Counted from the stretch's first letter, positions 8,830 through 18,733 are shown. The stretch is 64,000 nt of DNA from Actinomycetota bacterium (GCA_004366205.1 SIRW01000090.1:17055-81054); one strand, 5' to 3'. The notes: generated from the letters alone by a model not told the origin. Numbers and translations are program-made.

Positions 8830-10761
8830 TCAGCCCGTGCGGCCGGTTGCCGCCTCGCACTCGGCCTCGGCGGCGATGGCGGCGAGCACGGCACGGGCCT
8901 CGGCGGGGTCCTTGGTGCGGCGCATCGGGGGCAGGCTGCGCACGAGCGTCCAGCGGTAGCCGGCGCTGGCGAGCCGGCGGTCGAGCACCGCCACCACGCC
9001 GCGGTCGCTGGCCGAGCGGATGAGCCGGCCGGCGCCCTGGGCGAGGAGGATGGCGGCACGGGGCAGGTCGACGGCCTCGAAGGCGTTGCGGCGCTGCCGG
9101 GTGGCGGCCTCGCGCCGGGCCTGGGCGAGGGGGTCGTCGGGCCGGCTGAACGGCAACCGGTCGATCGTGACCAGCGAGCACGTGCGTCCGGGGGCGTCGA
9201 AGCCCTGCCAGAACCCCATGGTGGCGAACAGCGACGCCGACTCGTCCGCCAGGAACTCCGACACCAGCAGCGGCCGGGGCATCCGGTCCTGCACCAGCAC
9301 CGGCCCGGGCGCGCGGCCGTCGGCGTGCTCGGCCGCCGCCTCCATCGCCCGGCGGCTGGTGAACAGCGCCAGCGTCCGCCCCCCTGCTGCGGCGATGAGC
9401 TCGGTGAGCTCGGCGCGCATGGCGTCCTCATAGCCGGCGGCCCGGGGATCGGGCAGGTGGGCGGCGCAGTAGAGGAGGGCCTGGTGCTCGTAGTCGAACG
9501 GGCTGCCGACGTCGAGCGTGTCGTGGTCGGACCCGGGGACCAGCCCGAGGCGCTCGGCGACGGGTGCGAAGCTGCCGCCCACCCGCAGGGTGGCGCTGGT
9601 GAGCACGACGGTCGCCTGGCCGAACAGGCCGGCGGCGAGGTCGCCCGCCACCGACACCGGCGCCACCCGGAGCTGGAGGGGCGGGCCGGCCTCGACCCAC
9701 GCGACGCGCTCGGCGTCGAGCTCCGCCAGTGAGCGCAGGTCCTCGAGCAGGCCGGTGCTCAGTTGCAGCAGGCGCTCCTTGCGCGTGGCCCCCTCGCCGT
9801 CGACGTCCAGGGAACGCACCGCCGCTTGGGCGGTGGCGACGGTCTCGGCGGCCCCGGCGAGCACCCCCGTGATCGGGTCGGCGGACGGGTCCACCCGCTC
9901 GCCGGTGAAGGATTCGAGCACGTCGCCCACCCGCCGGCCGGCAGCGTCGAGCGCGGCGTGACTCTGCTCCTCGGCCGTGAACAGGCCCCGGAAGCCCCGC
10001 GCCAGGTTGGCGAACCGGCCCGGGCCCACGGCGGCGCCGAGGCTGTCGGCCATGACGTCCTCGAAGGCGTGGGCCTCGTCGACGACCACCACGTCGTGCT
10101 CGGGCAGGACCGAGCCAGCGGAGGCCAGGTGCACGCCGTAGAGGTGGCTGTTGACGACGACGATGTCGGCGGCGGCGGCACGGTGACGGGCGGCCTCGGC
10201 GAAGCAGTCGTCGCCGTGCCGGCAGCGGTGGGCCCCGGGGCACTCCCCCACGCCCACCGACACCGCCCCCCATTCGGGGTTGGACAGCGCCCAGGGCAGA
10301 TCGGCCCGGTCGCCCGTGTCGGTCGTCGCCGCCCACGCCGCCAGCTCCCGGACCCGGGACCCACCCAGCCCGCCGTCGTCGAGGAGGGTCCCCTGGCGCG
10401 CCTCGCCGGTGAGCTCCGCGAGCGCGGCACGACACAGGTAGTTCGAGCGGCCCTTCAGCAGCGCGGCCTCGAAGGGCACCCCCAGGTGGCGCTCGAGGAG
10501 GGGGAGGTCGACGTGCACGAGCTGCTCCTGGAGCGCCTTGGTGGCCGTGGTCACCACGACAGAACTACCCAGGAGGACGCAGGGGACGAGGTAGGCGAAC
10601 GACTTGCCGGTGCCCGTCCCTGCCTCCACCATGACGTGGCGGCGGTCGACGATCGCCCGGGCGACCGCCTCGGCCATGGCCACCTGCCCGGGGCGGGGCT
10701 CGGCGCCGGGCAGCCCGTTGATGAACCGTTCGAACTCGGCGCGCACGTCGTCTGGGGTCAC
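8830..10761 (-). CDS. dinG: ATP-dependent DNA helicase, DinG/YoaA family
   Basis: RPGQ, AGTGTGKS, Fe-S cysteines, DEAH, SAT and QGAGRLIR motifs. Confidence 0.92.
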   Translation of the reverse strand: MTPDDVRAEFERFINGLPGAEPRPGQVAMAEAVARAIVDRRHVMVEAGTGTGKSFAYLVPCVLLGSSVVVTTATKALQEQLVHVDLPLLERHLGVPFEAALLKGRSNYLCRAALAELTGEARQGTLLDDGGLGGSRVRELAAWAATTDTGDRADLPWALSNPEWGAVSVGVGECPGAHRCRHGDDCFAEAARHRAAAADIVVVNSHLYGVHLASAGSVLPEHDVVVVDEAHAFEDVMADSLGAAVGPGRFANLARGFRGLFTAEEQSHAALDAAGRRVGDVLESFTGERVDPSADPITGVLAGAAETVATAQAAVRSLDVDGEGATRKERLLQLSTGLLEDLRSLAELDAERVAWVEAGPPLQLRVAPVSVAGDLAAGLFGQATVVLTSATLRVGGSFAPVAERLGLVPGSDHDTLDVGSPFDYEHQALLYCAAHLPDPRAAGYEDAMRAELTELIAAAGGRTLALFTSRRAMEAAAEHADGRAPGPVLVQDRMPRPLLVSEFLADESASLFATMGFWQGFDAPGRTCSLVTIDRLPFSRPDDPLAQARREAATRQRRNAFEAVDLPRAAILLAQGAGRLIRSASDRGVVAVLDRRLASAGYRWTLVRSLPPMRRTKDPAEARAVLAAIAAEAECEAATGRTG

Positions 10762-10775
10762 GCCCGGAGGATAGG

Positions 10776-10791
10776 TGCGACGTGTGTCACA
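10776..10791. promoter_or_regulatory. CRP/GlxR-like binding site
   Basis: TGCGA-cgtgtg-TCACA, 9/10 match to TGTGA-N6-TCACA. Confidence 0.55.
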
Positions 10792-10827
10792 GCCCGACCG
10801 GCCGGATCACGGCAGGAGATGACGCGT

Positions 10828-10871
10828 ATCTGTCGAATCCATTAGACAGATCGTGAACGATCGCGCATACT
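10828..10871 (+). promoter_or_regulatory. whiB promoter with overlapping palindromic operator
   Basis: TAGACA(10843-48)-17 nt-CATACT(10866-71); ATCTGTCGAAT-CC-ATTAGACAGAT inverted repeat over the -35. Confidence 0.65.
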
Positions 10872-10905
10872 CCTTCCGTCCCCGAAGCCCGAGGTGCCTT
10901 CCCCG

Positions 10906-11208
10906 ATGGCAGAGGTCGTCTCCCTCCATCCCGCCCCCCAGACGGACTGGATGGCCCACGCAGCCTGCAAGGGCCAGACCCACCTGTTCTTCCCCCCGCA
11001 CGGCGAGCGTGAAGAGGCCCGGCTGATCCGCGAGGCCAAGGCCGCCGCCGTGTGCCGGATCTGCCCCGTCGTGCTGGAGTGCCGCGACTACGCCCGCACG
11101 AACCGGGAGCAGGGTTGGTGGGGTGGCGAGAACGACGACAGCCGGGCCGCCGCCCGCCGCCGGGCCCTGCGCGCACCCCAGCGCGTGGCCGTCGCCGCCG
11201 AAGCCTGA
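10906..11208 (+). CDS. WhiB family Fe-S transcriptional regulator
   Basis: W..AAC, FFPP, CxxC-x5-C and GWWGG motifs. Confidence 0.92.
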   Translation: MAEVVSLHPAPQTDWMAHAACKGQTHLFFPPHGEREEARLIREAKAAAVCRICPVVLECRDYARTNREQGWWGGENDDSRAAARRRALRAPQRVAVAAEA

Positions 11209-11241
11209 CACAGGGCCGCCGGCGAGCGGCCCCCGACCACG

Positions 11242-12480
11242 TCAGTCCCGGTCGGCGGGTTCCCGGTTCCCGGGCGCGGCAGCCTTCGCCTCGTACATCC
11301 GGCTGTCGGCTCGCTGCAGCAGCGTCGAGGCCTGCTCCGGCGAGGTGGCCAGCGCCCACCCGATGCTGGCGGTGACCCGGGCGGCCACGCCGGGGACACC
11401 CACGAGGCTCGCGAGCTCGACCTCCTCGGCGATGGCCCCGCGGATGCGCCCGGCGATCACCTCGAGCTCCTCGGGGCCCTCGAGGCCCTCGCAGAGCACG
11501 GCGAACTCGTCGCCCCCGAGCCGGGCCACGGTGTCCTGGGCCCGGACGGCTGCCCGGAGGCGGCGGGCCAGCACCACCAGCACGTGGTCGCCGGCGTGGT
11601 GCCCCCACGTGTCGTTCACGGCCTTGAACCCGTCGAGGTCGGCGAACAGCAGCCCCAGCATGCCGCCCGAGCGGTCGAGACGGGCCGTCGCCAGGTCGAG
11701 GCGGTCCCGCAACAGGGCGCGGTTCGCCAGCCCGGTGAGGGGGTCGTGGAGCGCGAGGTGGGCCAGCCGGGCCTCGGCCTGGGCCCGCTCGATGGCGATG
11801 GCCGCCAGGTCGCGGGCCACGACCACCGCCTCCCGGTCGCCGAGCGTCGGGGGCTCGACGATCACCGAGCCGAGCCGGCGGGAGCCGTCGGCCGAGAGCA
11901 CCGGGAGCACGCCCCGGCTGCGCTCGTCGCGGCCGGCGCCGTCGTGGTCGACGAGCACGGCGCAGCGCTCATTCGGCTCGAGCTCGTGCGCCACGAACCC
12001 CTCGATGGCCGACAGCGTCGTGGCGAGGGGCGCACCGGTCGCGATCATCCGCAGGATCCGGGCCTGGCCGTCGACGCGGCGCTCGGCTCGCACCCGGTCG
12101 GTCACGTCTCGGATCGTGACGACGATGCCCTCCACCTCGGGGTCGTCGAGCAGGTTGTTGGCCACGGCCTCGACGTGGAGGTAGTGCCCGTCGCGGTGGC
12201 GGAGGCGGAAGGTGACGGGCTGCTCGGCCCGACCCGGGCGGGCGACGACCTCGGCGAAGTACGACCAGGCGGCGTCGGCGTCGTCGGGGTGGATGAGCTC
12301 GGCGGCGTTGCGGCCGATCATCGTGCCGAACGGGTAGCCCAGCAGGTCCAGGCCCGACAGGGCCGAGTACCGGATCCGGCCGGACCCGTCGAGCACGGTG
12401 ACGATGTCGTGGCTGTGACGACCCAGGATCAGGTGCCGCCGCGCCTCCTCGGCCACGTCGGCGCCTTCCACGTCGGGCAT
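11242..12480 (-). CDS. PAS/(reduced GAF)/GGDEF diguanylate cyclase
   Basis: PAS IHPDD and RDVTDR; HDPLTGLANR, DLDGFK..ND, intact GGDEF and RAQD I-site. Confidence 0.9.
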   Translation of the reverse strand: MPDVEGADVAEEARRHLILGRHSHDIVTVLDGSGRIRYSALSGLDLLGYPFGTMIGRNAAELIHPDDADAAWSYFAEVVARPGRAEQPVTFRLRHRDGHYLHVEAVANNLLDDPEVEGIVVTIRDVTDRVRAERRVDGQARILRMIATGAPLATTLSAIEGFVAHELEPNERCAVLVDHDGAGRDERSRGVLPVLSADGSRRLGSVIVEPPTLGDREAVVVARDLAAIAIERAQAEARLAHLALHDPLTGLANRALLRDRLDLATARLDRSGGMLGLLFADLDGFKAVNDTWGHHAGDHVLVVLARRLRAAVRAQDTVARLGGDEFAVLCEGLEGPEELEVIAGRIRGAIAEEVELASLVGVPGVAARVTASIGWALATSPEQASTLLQRADSRMYEAKAAAPGNREPADRD

Positions 12481-12700
12481 GGCCCGCGGCCGGTTCCGGA
12501 ACGTGGGCGGCACGGGATCCCGCCCCTCCCCGCCGCGCCCCGCGTCAGCGGGACCGCCCGTCCGGCCGGCCGCCACGACGCCCATGATGCCCCACGCCCC
12601 GCCCCGTTGCCGGGCGACGCCCACCGGTGGCTACCATGTCGCCGCGCTGCGGCCGGGCCGACCCGGAGCGCGCGGCCCACTCCATCCCCTGGAGGCCCTC

Positions 12701-15067
12701 CTGCTCGTCCTGGTCTCCCTGCACGCAGCTGCTGCCGTCGTCGCGCTGGCCCTCGGCCCGCGCCTGGGTCGGCGCGTCTTGTTGGTGTGCGGGCTCGCCC
12801 CGCTCGCCACGTCGATCTGGGCGGCGGCGCAGGCCCCCGGTGTCCTCGACGGCGCAGCCGTCACCCAGCGCGCCTCGTGGGTGCCGGCGCTCGGGGTCGA
12901 GGCCACGTTCCGGCTCGACGGCTTCGCCCTGCTCATGGTCGCCCTCGTCTCGGGCATCGGCACGCTGATCTTCGCCTACGCCGCCGCCTACTTCTCCGAC
13001 CAGCCCCACCTGGGCCGGTTCGCGGCGACGCTCGTCGCCTTCGCGGGGTCGATGCTCGGCCTCGTCCTGGCCGACAACATCCTGCTGCTGTTCGTGTTCT
13101 GGGAGCTGACGTCGATCACGTCCTACCTGCTCATCGGCTTCGAGGACACCAAGGGCCCCGCCCGCGCCGCCGCCCTCCAGGCGATGCTGATCACCGGTGG
13201 GGGCGGCCTCGCCCTGCTGGGCGGCCTCGTGCTCCTGGGCCAGGCGGCCGGGACCTTCGAGCTGTCGGAGATCCTCGCCGCCACCCCCGGTGGCACCGCG
13301 GTGGAGGTCGCGCTGGTGCTCGTGCTGCTCGGCGCCTTCACCAAGTCGGCCCAGGCGCCGTTCCACAGCTGGCTGCCGGGCGCCATGGCCGCACCCACCC
13401 CGGTGAGCGCGTACCTGCACTCCGCCACGATGGTGAAGGCGGGCGTGTACCTGATCGCCCGCATGGCGCCCGGGTTCGCCGAGACCGGGCTGTGGCGGCC
13501 GCTCGTGCTCACGGTCGGCGCCGCGACGATGCTGGTCGGTGGCTACCGGGCGCTCCGCCAGCGCGACCTGAAGCTCCTGCTCGCCTACGGCACCGTCAGC
13601 CAGCTGGGGTTCATGGTCGTGCTGCTGGGCGCCGGCCGTCCCGACACCACCTTCGCCGGCGCCGCCCTGCTGCTCGCCCACGGGGCGTTCAAGGCGGCGC
13701 TGTTCATGGTGGTGGGCGTCATCGACCATCAGGCCCACACGCGCGACCTGCGGGAGCTCTCCGGGCTGGGCCGGCGGCTTCGGGGCCTGGCCGTGCTCTC
13801 GGTCGTGGCAGGCGCGTCGATGGCGGGCCTGCCGCCGCTGTTCGGGTTCATCGCCAAGGAGGCGGCCTTCGAGGGCCTCCTGCACCTCGAGCTGGGGACC
13901 GGCGGCACCCTCGTGATCGCCGCCGTCGTCGCCGGATCGGCGCTGACGTTCGCCTACACCGCCCGCTTCCTCTGGGGTGCCTTCGCCACCAAGCCCGCCG
14001 CCACCGGCGAGGGGCTCACCGGCCCCGCCGTGCCCCGGCCGGCGTGGACGTTCGTGACGCCGGCCGCCCTGCTCGCCGCGCTCACCGCGGTCACGGGCCT
14101 GCTACCCGCTCCCCTCAACCCGCTCGTGGGCCAGGCCGGGGTGGCGCTCGACCCGACGCTCGACCCGCCGAACCTCTACCTCTGGCACGGGCTCAACACG
14201 GCGTTGCTGCTGTCGGCCGTCACCATGGCCGTGGGCACCACCTTGTTCCTGTTGCGCGACCGGATCGAGCGCTGGCAGGCGGGCGCGCCCGGCCTGCCGA
14301 GCGCCGAAGGCGGCTACAACGCCTCGGTGGCCGGCGTCATGCGCCTGGCGACCCGGGTCACCGCCGTTGTCCAGAACGGGTCGCTGCCCACGTACCTGAC
14401 CGTCATCATCTTGACGATCCTGATCCTGCCCGGTGTGCCGCTCGCGGCCCGGGCGTCGCTGCCCGAGGGCCTCGTGTGGTGGGACCGCCCGCTCCAGGCG
14501 GGCGTGGCGGTGCTCGTCGTGGTGGCGGCCCTGGCCACGGCCGTCGCCCGCCGCCGCTTCGCCGCCGTGCTGTTCCTCGGCGCCGTGGGCTACGGGGTCG
14601 CCGTGCTGTTCGTGGTCCAGGGCGCGCCCGACCTGGCGCTCACCCAGTTCCTCGTCGAGACCCTGGCCGTGGTGCTGTTCGTGTTCGTGCTGCGCAGCCT
14701 GCCCGAGCGCTTCCACCACGTGCGCTGGCTGCCCGTCGACGCGAGCCGCGTCGCGGTGTCCGCCGCCGTCGGCGTGTTCGTCGCCGGCTTCGCGCTGCTC
14801 GCCGCCGCCGCCCGCACCGAGCCCAGCGTCTCGGCGGCGTACCTGGAGCAGTCGCTGCCGGAAGCTGGGGGCCGCAACGTCGTCAACGTGATCCTGGTCG
14901 ACTTCCGGGCCCTCGACACGCTCGGCGAGATCACCGTGCTGGCCGTCGCCGCCGTCGGCATCGTGAGCCTGGTCGGCATCCGCCGGCGCCGGGGGCAGGC
15001 CGGGACCGGCACGCCCAGCGCCGTGCACCCTGGCCACGAGGGCGAGCGCGAGGAGGCCACCCGGTGA
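12701..15067 (+). CDS. mrpA: Na+/H+ antiporter subunit A
   Basis: FWELT, FTKSAQAPFHSWLP, YLHSATMVKAG, GFIAKE, APDLALTQ and NVVNVILVDFRALDT; start inferred at a CTG 5 nt after GGAGG. Confidence 0.93.
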   Translation: MLVLVSLHAAAAVVALALGPRLGRRVLLVCGLAPLATSIWAAAQAPGVLDGAAVTQRASWVPALGVEATFRLDGFALLMVALVSGIGTLIFAYAAAYFSDQPHLGRFAATLVAFAGSMLGLVLADNILLLFVFWELTSITSYLLIGFEDTKGPARAAALQAMLITGGGGLALLGGLVLLGQAAGTFELSEILAATPGGTAVEVALVLVLLGAFTKSAQAPFHSWLPGAMAAPTPVSAYLHSATMVKAGVYLIARMAPGFAETGLWRPLVLTVGAATMLVGGYRALRQRDLKLLLAYGTVSQLGFMVVLLGAGRPDTTFAGAALLLAHGAFKAALFMVVGVIDHQAHTRDLRELSGLGRRLRGLAVLSVVAGASMAGLPPLFGFIAKEAAFEGLLHLELGTGGTLVIAAVVAGSALTFAYTARFLWGAFATKPAATGEGLTGPAVPRPAWTFVTPAALLAALTAVTGLLPAPLNPLVGQAGVALDPTLDPPNLYLWHGLNTALLLSAVTMAVGTTLFLLRDRIERWQAGAPGLPSAEGGYNASVAGVMRLATRVTAVVQNGSLPTYLTVIILTILILPGVPLAARASLPEGLVWWDRPLQAGVAVLVVVAALATAVARRRFAAVLFLGAVGYGVAVLFVVQGAPDLALTQFLVETLAVVLFVFVLRSLPERFHHVRWLPVDASRVAVSAAVGVFVAGFALLAAAARTEPSVSAAYLEQSLPEAGGRNVVNVILVDFRALDTLGEITVLAVAAVGIVSLVGIRRRRGQAGTGTPSAVHPGHEGEREEATR

Positions 15068-15552
15068 GGCCCGAGGACCGCTCGCTGATCCTCGACACGT
15101 GCGTGCGCGCCGTGTTCCACACGATCCTGCTGCTGTCGCTCTACCTGCTGCTCTCCGGGCACAACCAGCCCGGCGGCGGGTTCGTGGGCGGCCTCGTGGC
15201 CGGCGCCGCCTTCGTGCTGCGGTACGTGGCGGGCGGCGCCGACGAGGTCCACCGCATGGCGCCGTTTCGCCCGCAGCTGCTGCTGGGCAGCGGGGTGGTG
15301 CTGGCCGCGCTCACCGGGGTCGGATCGTGGCTGGCGGGCGGTGAGCTCCTCGAGCACGGCAAGATCGACCTGCACCTCCCCGTGCTCGGGGATGTCCACG
15401 CGTCCTCCACCCTCGCGTTCGACATCGGCGTGTTCCTCGTCGTCGCCGGGCTGGTCCTCACCCTGCTCGAGAGCCTCGGCGACGTCGCCGAGACCGAGGA
15501 GCAGGCAGCCGCCGAGCGCGAGGCCGGCGCCGGAACCGGAGCGGCGCCGTGA
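15064..15552 (+). CDS. mrpB: Na+/H+ antiporter subunit B
   Basis: GHNQPGGGFVGG and FDIGV; GTGA coupling. Confidence 0.92.
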   Translation: MRPEDRSLILDTCVRAVFHTILLLSLYLLLSGHNQPGGGFVGGLVAGAAFVLRYVAGGADEVHRMAPFRPQLLLGSGVVLAALTGVGSWLAGGELLEHGKIDLHLPVLGDVHASSTLAFDIGVFLVVAGLVLTLLESLGDVAETEEQAAAEREAGAGTGAAP

Positions 15553-15977
15553 TCCTCGTCCTCGCCATCGTGGTCGGCGTGCTCTACGCCGTCGGCACCT
15601 ACCTGCTGCTGCAGCGCACGCTCACGCGCATCGTCATGGGGCTGGCCATGCTCGGCCACGGCGCCAACATCCTGCTGCTCATGTCGGGGGGTCGGGCGGG
15701 CCCGCCGCCGCTCATCGAGAACGGCCCGCCCGCGGGTGCCGCCGACCCCCTCCCCCAGGCGATGGCCCTCACCGCCATCGTCATCACCTTCGGGATCATG
15801 GCGTTCCTGCTCGGCCTGGCGTACCGGAGCTGGCGGCTCACCCACGACGACGAGGTCGAGGACGACCTCGAGGATCGCCGCATCGCCCGCCTGGCGACGG
15901 ACCTCCGCCACGAGGAGGACCTCGACATCGCCCGCACGGTCTACGGCCGCGAGCACCTGGAGGAGGACCGGACGTGA
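15549..15977 (+). CDS. mrpC: Na+/H+ antiporter subunit C
   Basis: DPLPQAMALTAIVI motif. Confidence 0.93.
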   Translation: MILVLAIVVGVLYAVGTYLLLQRTLTRIVMGLAMLGHGANILLLMSGGRAGPPPLIENGPPAGAADPLPQAMALTAIVITFGIMAFLLGLAYRSWRLTHDDEVEDDLEDRRIARLATDLRHEEDLDIARTVYGREHLEEDRT

Positions 15978-17524
15978 ACGTGCTCGTGCCGCTGCCGATC
16001 GTGCTGCCCCTCATCGGAGCCGGCCTGTGCATCGCCCTGCGGTCGCTCGCCGCCCAGCGGGTCGTCGCCGTGGCGGCCGTCACCGGGGCCCTCGGCGCGG
16101 CCGGTGCGGCGCTGGCGGGCGTCGAGCGGCACGGGCCCGTCGCCGTCGCCGTGGGCGGCTGGCCGGCGCCCCGGGGCATCGTGCTCGTCGGTGACCTGCT
16201 CGCCCTCCTGCTCCTCGTCGTGTCGCTGGCGACGGTGCTGGCGGTGCTCGTGTACGCCGTCGGCCAGCGGGGCACCGACGAGGCGTCGGGCTTCTTCCAC
16301 CCGCTCTACCTGGTCCTGACCGCCGGTGTGGCGGCGTCGTTCCTCACCGGCGACCTGTTCAACCTGTTCGTCGCCATCGAGGTCATGCTCTCGGCCAGCT
16401 ACGTGCTGATCACCCTCGGCGGCCGGCGGTCCCAGGTGCGCTCGGGCATGACCTACGTGGTCATCAACCTGCTGGCCTCCACCGTGCTGGTCACGGTGAT
16501 CGGGCTGATCTACGCGGCGACCGGCACCGTGAACATGGCCGACGCCGCCCTGCGGCTCGACGCCGTGCCCGACGCCGTGCGCACCTCGCTCGGTGTGCTG
16601 CTCCTGGTGACGTTCGGCATCAAGGCCGCCATCTTCCCGCTGTTCTTCTGGCTGCCCGACTCGTACCCGACGGCGCCCACCGCCGTGACCGCCGTGTTCG
16701 CCGGGTTGCTCACCAAGGTCGGCGTCTACACGATCATCCGGACCCAGGGCCTGCTGTTCCCCCACGACCGCGCCTCCACCCTGATCCTCGTGCTCGCCGG
16801 GCTGACCATGGTCGTGGGCGTGTTCGGCGCCATCGCCCAGGACGACATCAAGCGCATTCTGAGCTTCCACATCGTGTCGCAGATCGGCTACATGATCTTC
16901 GGGCTCGGGCTCTTCACCGTCGCCGGCCTGGCCGGCGCCATCTTCTTCGTCGCCCACCAGATACCCGTGAAGACGGCGCTGTTCCTCGTGGGAGGCATGG
17001 TTGAGACCGGCACCGGCACCTCGGCGCTCAACCGGCTCGGCGGCCTGATCCGCACCGCGCCCGCGGCGGCTGCCCTGTTCCTGCTCGGCGCGCTCAGCCT
17101 GGCGGGCCTGCCGCCGTTCTCGGGGTTCTTCGGCAAGCTCGCCCTGGTGCAGGCCGGGCTCGCCGCCGAGGCGTGGGTGATCACCGGTGTCAGCCTGTTC
17201 GTCAGCATCCTCACCCTGTTCTCGATGACGAAGATCTGGGCGGGCGCCTTCTGGGGCGAGCAGCGCGCCGAACCCGCCCCGGCGCCCCGGACCGCCGACG
17301 CCGCCGGCGCCGTCGCCACGACCGGTGGCGCCGCGGCTGCGCCCGAGGGCGGCCCCGGTGCGCTCCGGCCGATCCCCCGGCTGATGACCTGGGCAACGGC
17401 CGGGCTGGTCGGCGTCACGCTGTTCGTCGCCGTGGCGGCCCAGCCGATCTACGAGCTCAGCGAGCGGGCGGCGGGCGAGCTGCTCGACCGCACGGCCTAC
17501 CTCGAGGCGGTGCTCGAACAATGA
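15974..17524 (+). CDS. mrpD: Na+/H+ antiporter subunit D
   Basis: GDLFNLFVAIE, GIKAAIFP, LLTKVG and GFFGK motifs. Confidence 0.93.
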   Translation: MNVLVPLPIVLPLIGAGLCIALRSLAAQRVVAVAAVTGALGAAGAALAGVERHGPVAVAVGGWPAPRGIVLVGDLLALLLLVVSLATVLAVLVYAVGQRGTDEASGFFHPLYLVLTAGVAASFLTGDLFNLFVAIEVMLSASYVLITLGGRRSQVRSGMTYVVINLLASTVLVTVIGLIYAATGTVNMADAALRLDAVPDAVRTSLGVLLLVTFGIKAAIFPLFFWLPDSYPTAPTAVTAVFAGLLTKVGVYTIIRTQGLLFPHDRASTLILVLAGLTMVVGVFGAIAQDDIKRILSFHIVSQIGYMIFGLGLFTVAGLAGAIFFVAHQIPVKTALFLVGGMVETGTGTSALNRLGGLIRTAPAAAALFLLGALSLAGLPPFSGFFGKLALVQAGLAAEAWVITGVSLFVSILTLFSMTKIWAGAFWGEQRAEPAPAPRTADAAGAVATTGGAAAAPEGGPGALRPIPRLMTWATAGLVGVTLFVAVAAQPIYELSERAAGELLDRTAYLEAVLEQ

Positions 17525-18057
17525 GGCGGCGGCTTCGGATCGGGCTCGTGCTGTGGCTGCTCGTCGTGTGGCTGGGGCTGTGGGAGGACGTGCGCCCCGC
17601 TGCGGTCCTCGGCGGGCTCGCCGTCGCCGTCCTGCTCGTGCTGGTGTTCCCCAGCCGCGCACCGCGGACCGACACCGGTCGCTTCCGGCCCCTCGCCGCG
17701 CTCGGGCTCCTCGCCTACTTCCTCTGGAAGCTGGTGCAGTCGAACCTCGTCGTGGCGTGGGAGGTGCTCACCCCCGGGGAGGGCATCAACGAAGGCGTCG
17801 TCGCCGTGCCGATCGTCAGCGCGTCCGACGCGGTCATCACCGTGCTGGCCAACGCCATCTCGCTCACGCCCGGAACGCTCACCCTCGACATCGACCGAGG
17901 GCCGACGACCGTGCTGTACGTCCACGTCCTGCACCTGCGCTCGATCGAGGAGGTGCGCCGCGACGTGCTCGTCCTCGAGCGCTACGTGCTGCGGGCCATC
18001 GGCACGCCCGAGGGTGTCGCCGCCGTCGACCGAGTCCTCGCCGAGGGGGTGGCGTGA
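17521..18057 (+). CDS. mrpE: Na+/H+ antiporter subunit E
   Basis: ISLTPGT..LYVH motif. Confidence 0.9.
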   Translation: MRRRLRIGLVLWLLVVWLGLWEDVRPAAVLGGLAVAVLLVLVFPSRAPRTDTGRFRPLAALGLLAYFLWKLVQSNLVVAWEVLTPGEGINEGVVAVPIVSASDAVITVLANAISLTPGTLTLDIDRGPTTVLYVHVLHLRSIEEVRRDVLVLERYVLRAIGTPEGVAAVDRVLAEGVA

Positions 18058-18320
18058 TGGAGACCGTCGCCACGATCTGCTTCGTGATGCTGGGCATCGC
18101 CGCCCTGCTGTTCCTGGTGCGGCTGCTGCGGGGCCCGTCGCTCGCCGACCGGCTGGTCGCCCTCGAGTCGATCACGCTCATGGTGGTCATCGGCATCGGC
18201 GTGTACACCGCCGCCCTCGGCGGCGGCTACTTCCTGAACGTGCTCGTCACCGCGGCGATCGTGGGCTTCGTGGCCGCCCTCACGGTGTCGCGCTTCATCG
18301 AGCGGCGAGGTGCCCGGTGA
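18057..18320 (+). CDS. mrpF: Na+/H+ antiporter subunit F
   Basis: GPSLADRLVALE; three TM helices. Confidence 0.9.
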   Translation: METVATICFVMLGIAALLFLVRLLRGPSLADRLVALESITLMVVIGIGVYTAALGGGYFLNVLVTAAIVGFVAALTVSRFIERRGAR

Positions 18321-18682
18321 ACAGCGCCACCGACTGGATCGCCGCCGTCCTGCTGCTGGGCGGCTGCGGGTTCGCCCTCGTCGCCGGGATCGGCCTGCAG
18401 CGGTTCCCCGACGTGTTCGCCCGCATGCACGCGGCCACCAAGGCCGTGACCCTCGGCCTGGTGATGGTGCTGCTCGGCGCGGCGCTCCAGGTCGACTTCA
18501 TCGGCGATGCCGCCAAGCTGCTGCTCGTCGCCGCCCTGCAGTTCATCACCGCGCCGGTCGCCGCCCACATGATCGGCCGGGCCGCGTACCGCTCCGGCAC
18601 CGAGCTCAGCCCGGCCACCAGCGTCGACGAGCTCGCCGAGGTCCGCCGCCACCAAGGCGGCGGCGGCCCGCCACCTTCCTGA
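18317..18682 (+). CDS. mrpG: Na+/H+ antiporter subunit G
   Basis: RFPDVFARMHAATK..TAPVAAH motif. Confidence 0.92.
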   Translation: MNSATDWIAAVLLLGGCGFALVAGIGLQRFPDVFARMHAATKAVTLGLVMVLLGAALQVDFIGDAAKLLLVAALQFITAPVAAHMIGRAAYRSGTELSPATSVDELAEVRRHQGGGGPPPS

Positions 18683-18712
18683 TCCACCCAGCGCGGGACC
18701 CGCCTGCCCTCA

Positions 18713-18733
18713 TTGGTATGGTGCTTGGTATGG
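18713..18733 (+). promoter_or_regulatory. Leaderless TA promoter with direct-repeat operator
   Basis: TTGGTATGG twice (12-bp period); TATGGT -10 is 7 nt before ATG 18730. Confidence 0.55.

Noticed and set aside
11584-15063. 1322-aa ORF and other very long Arg/Pro/Gly-rich ORFs (e.g. 6880-9732, 19456-21357, 38057-40306)
   Set aside because: Shadow frames caused by high GC3; only the final segment (mrpB) of this one is a real gene
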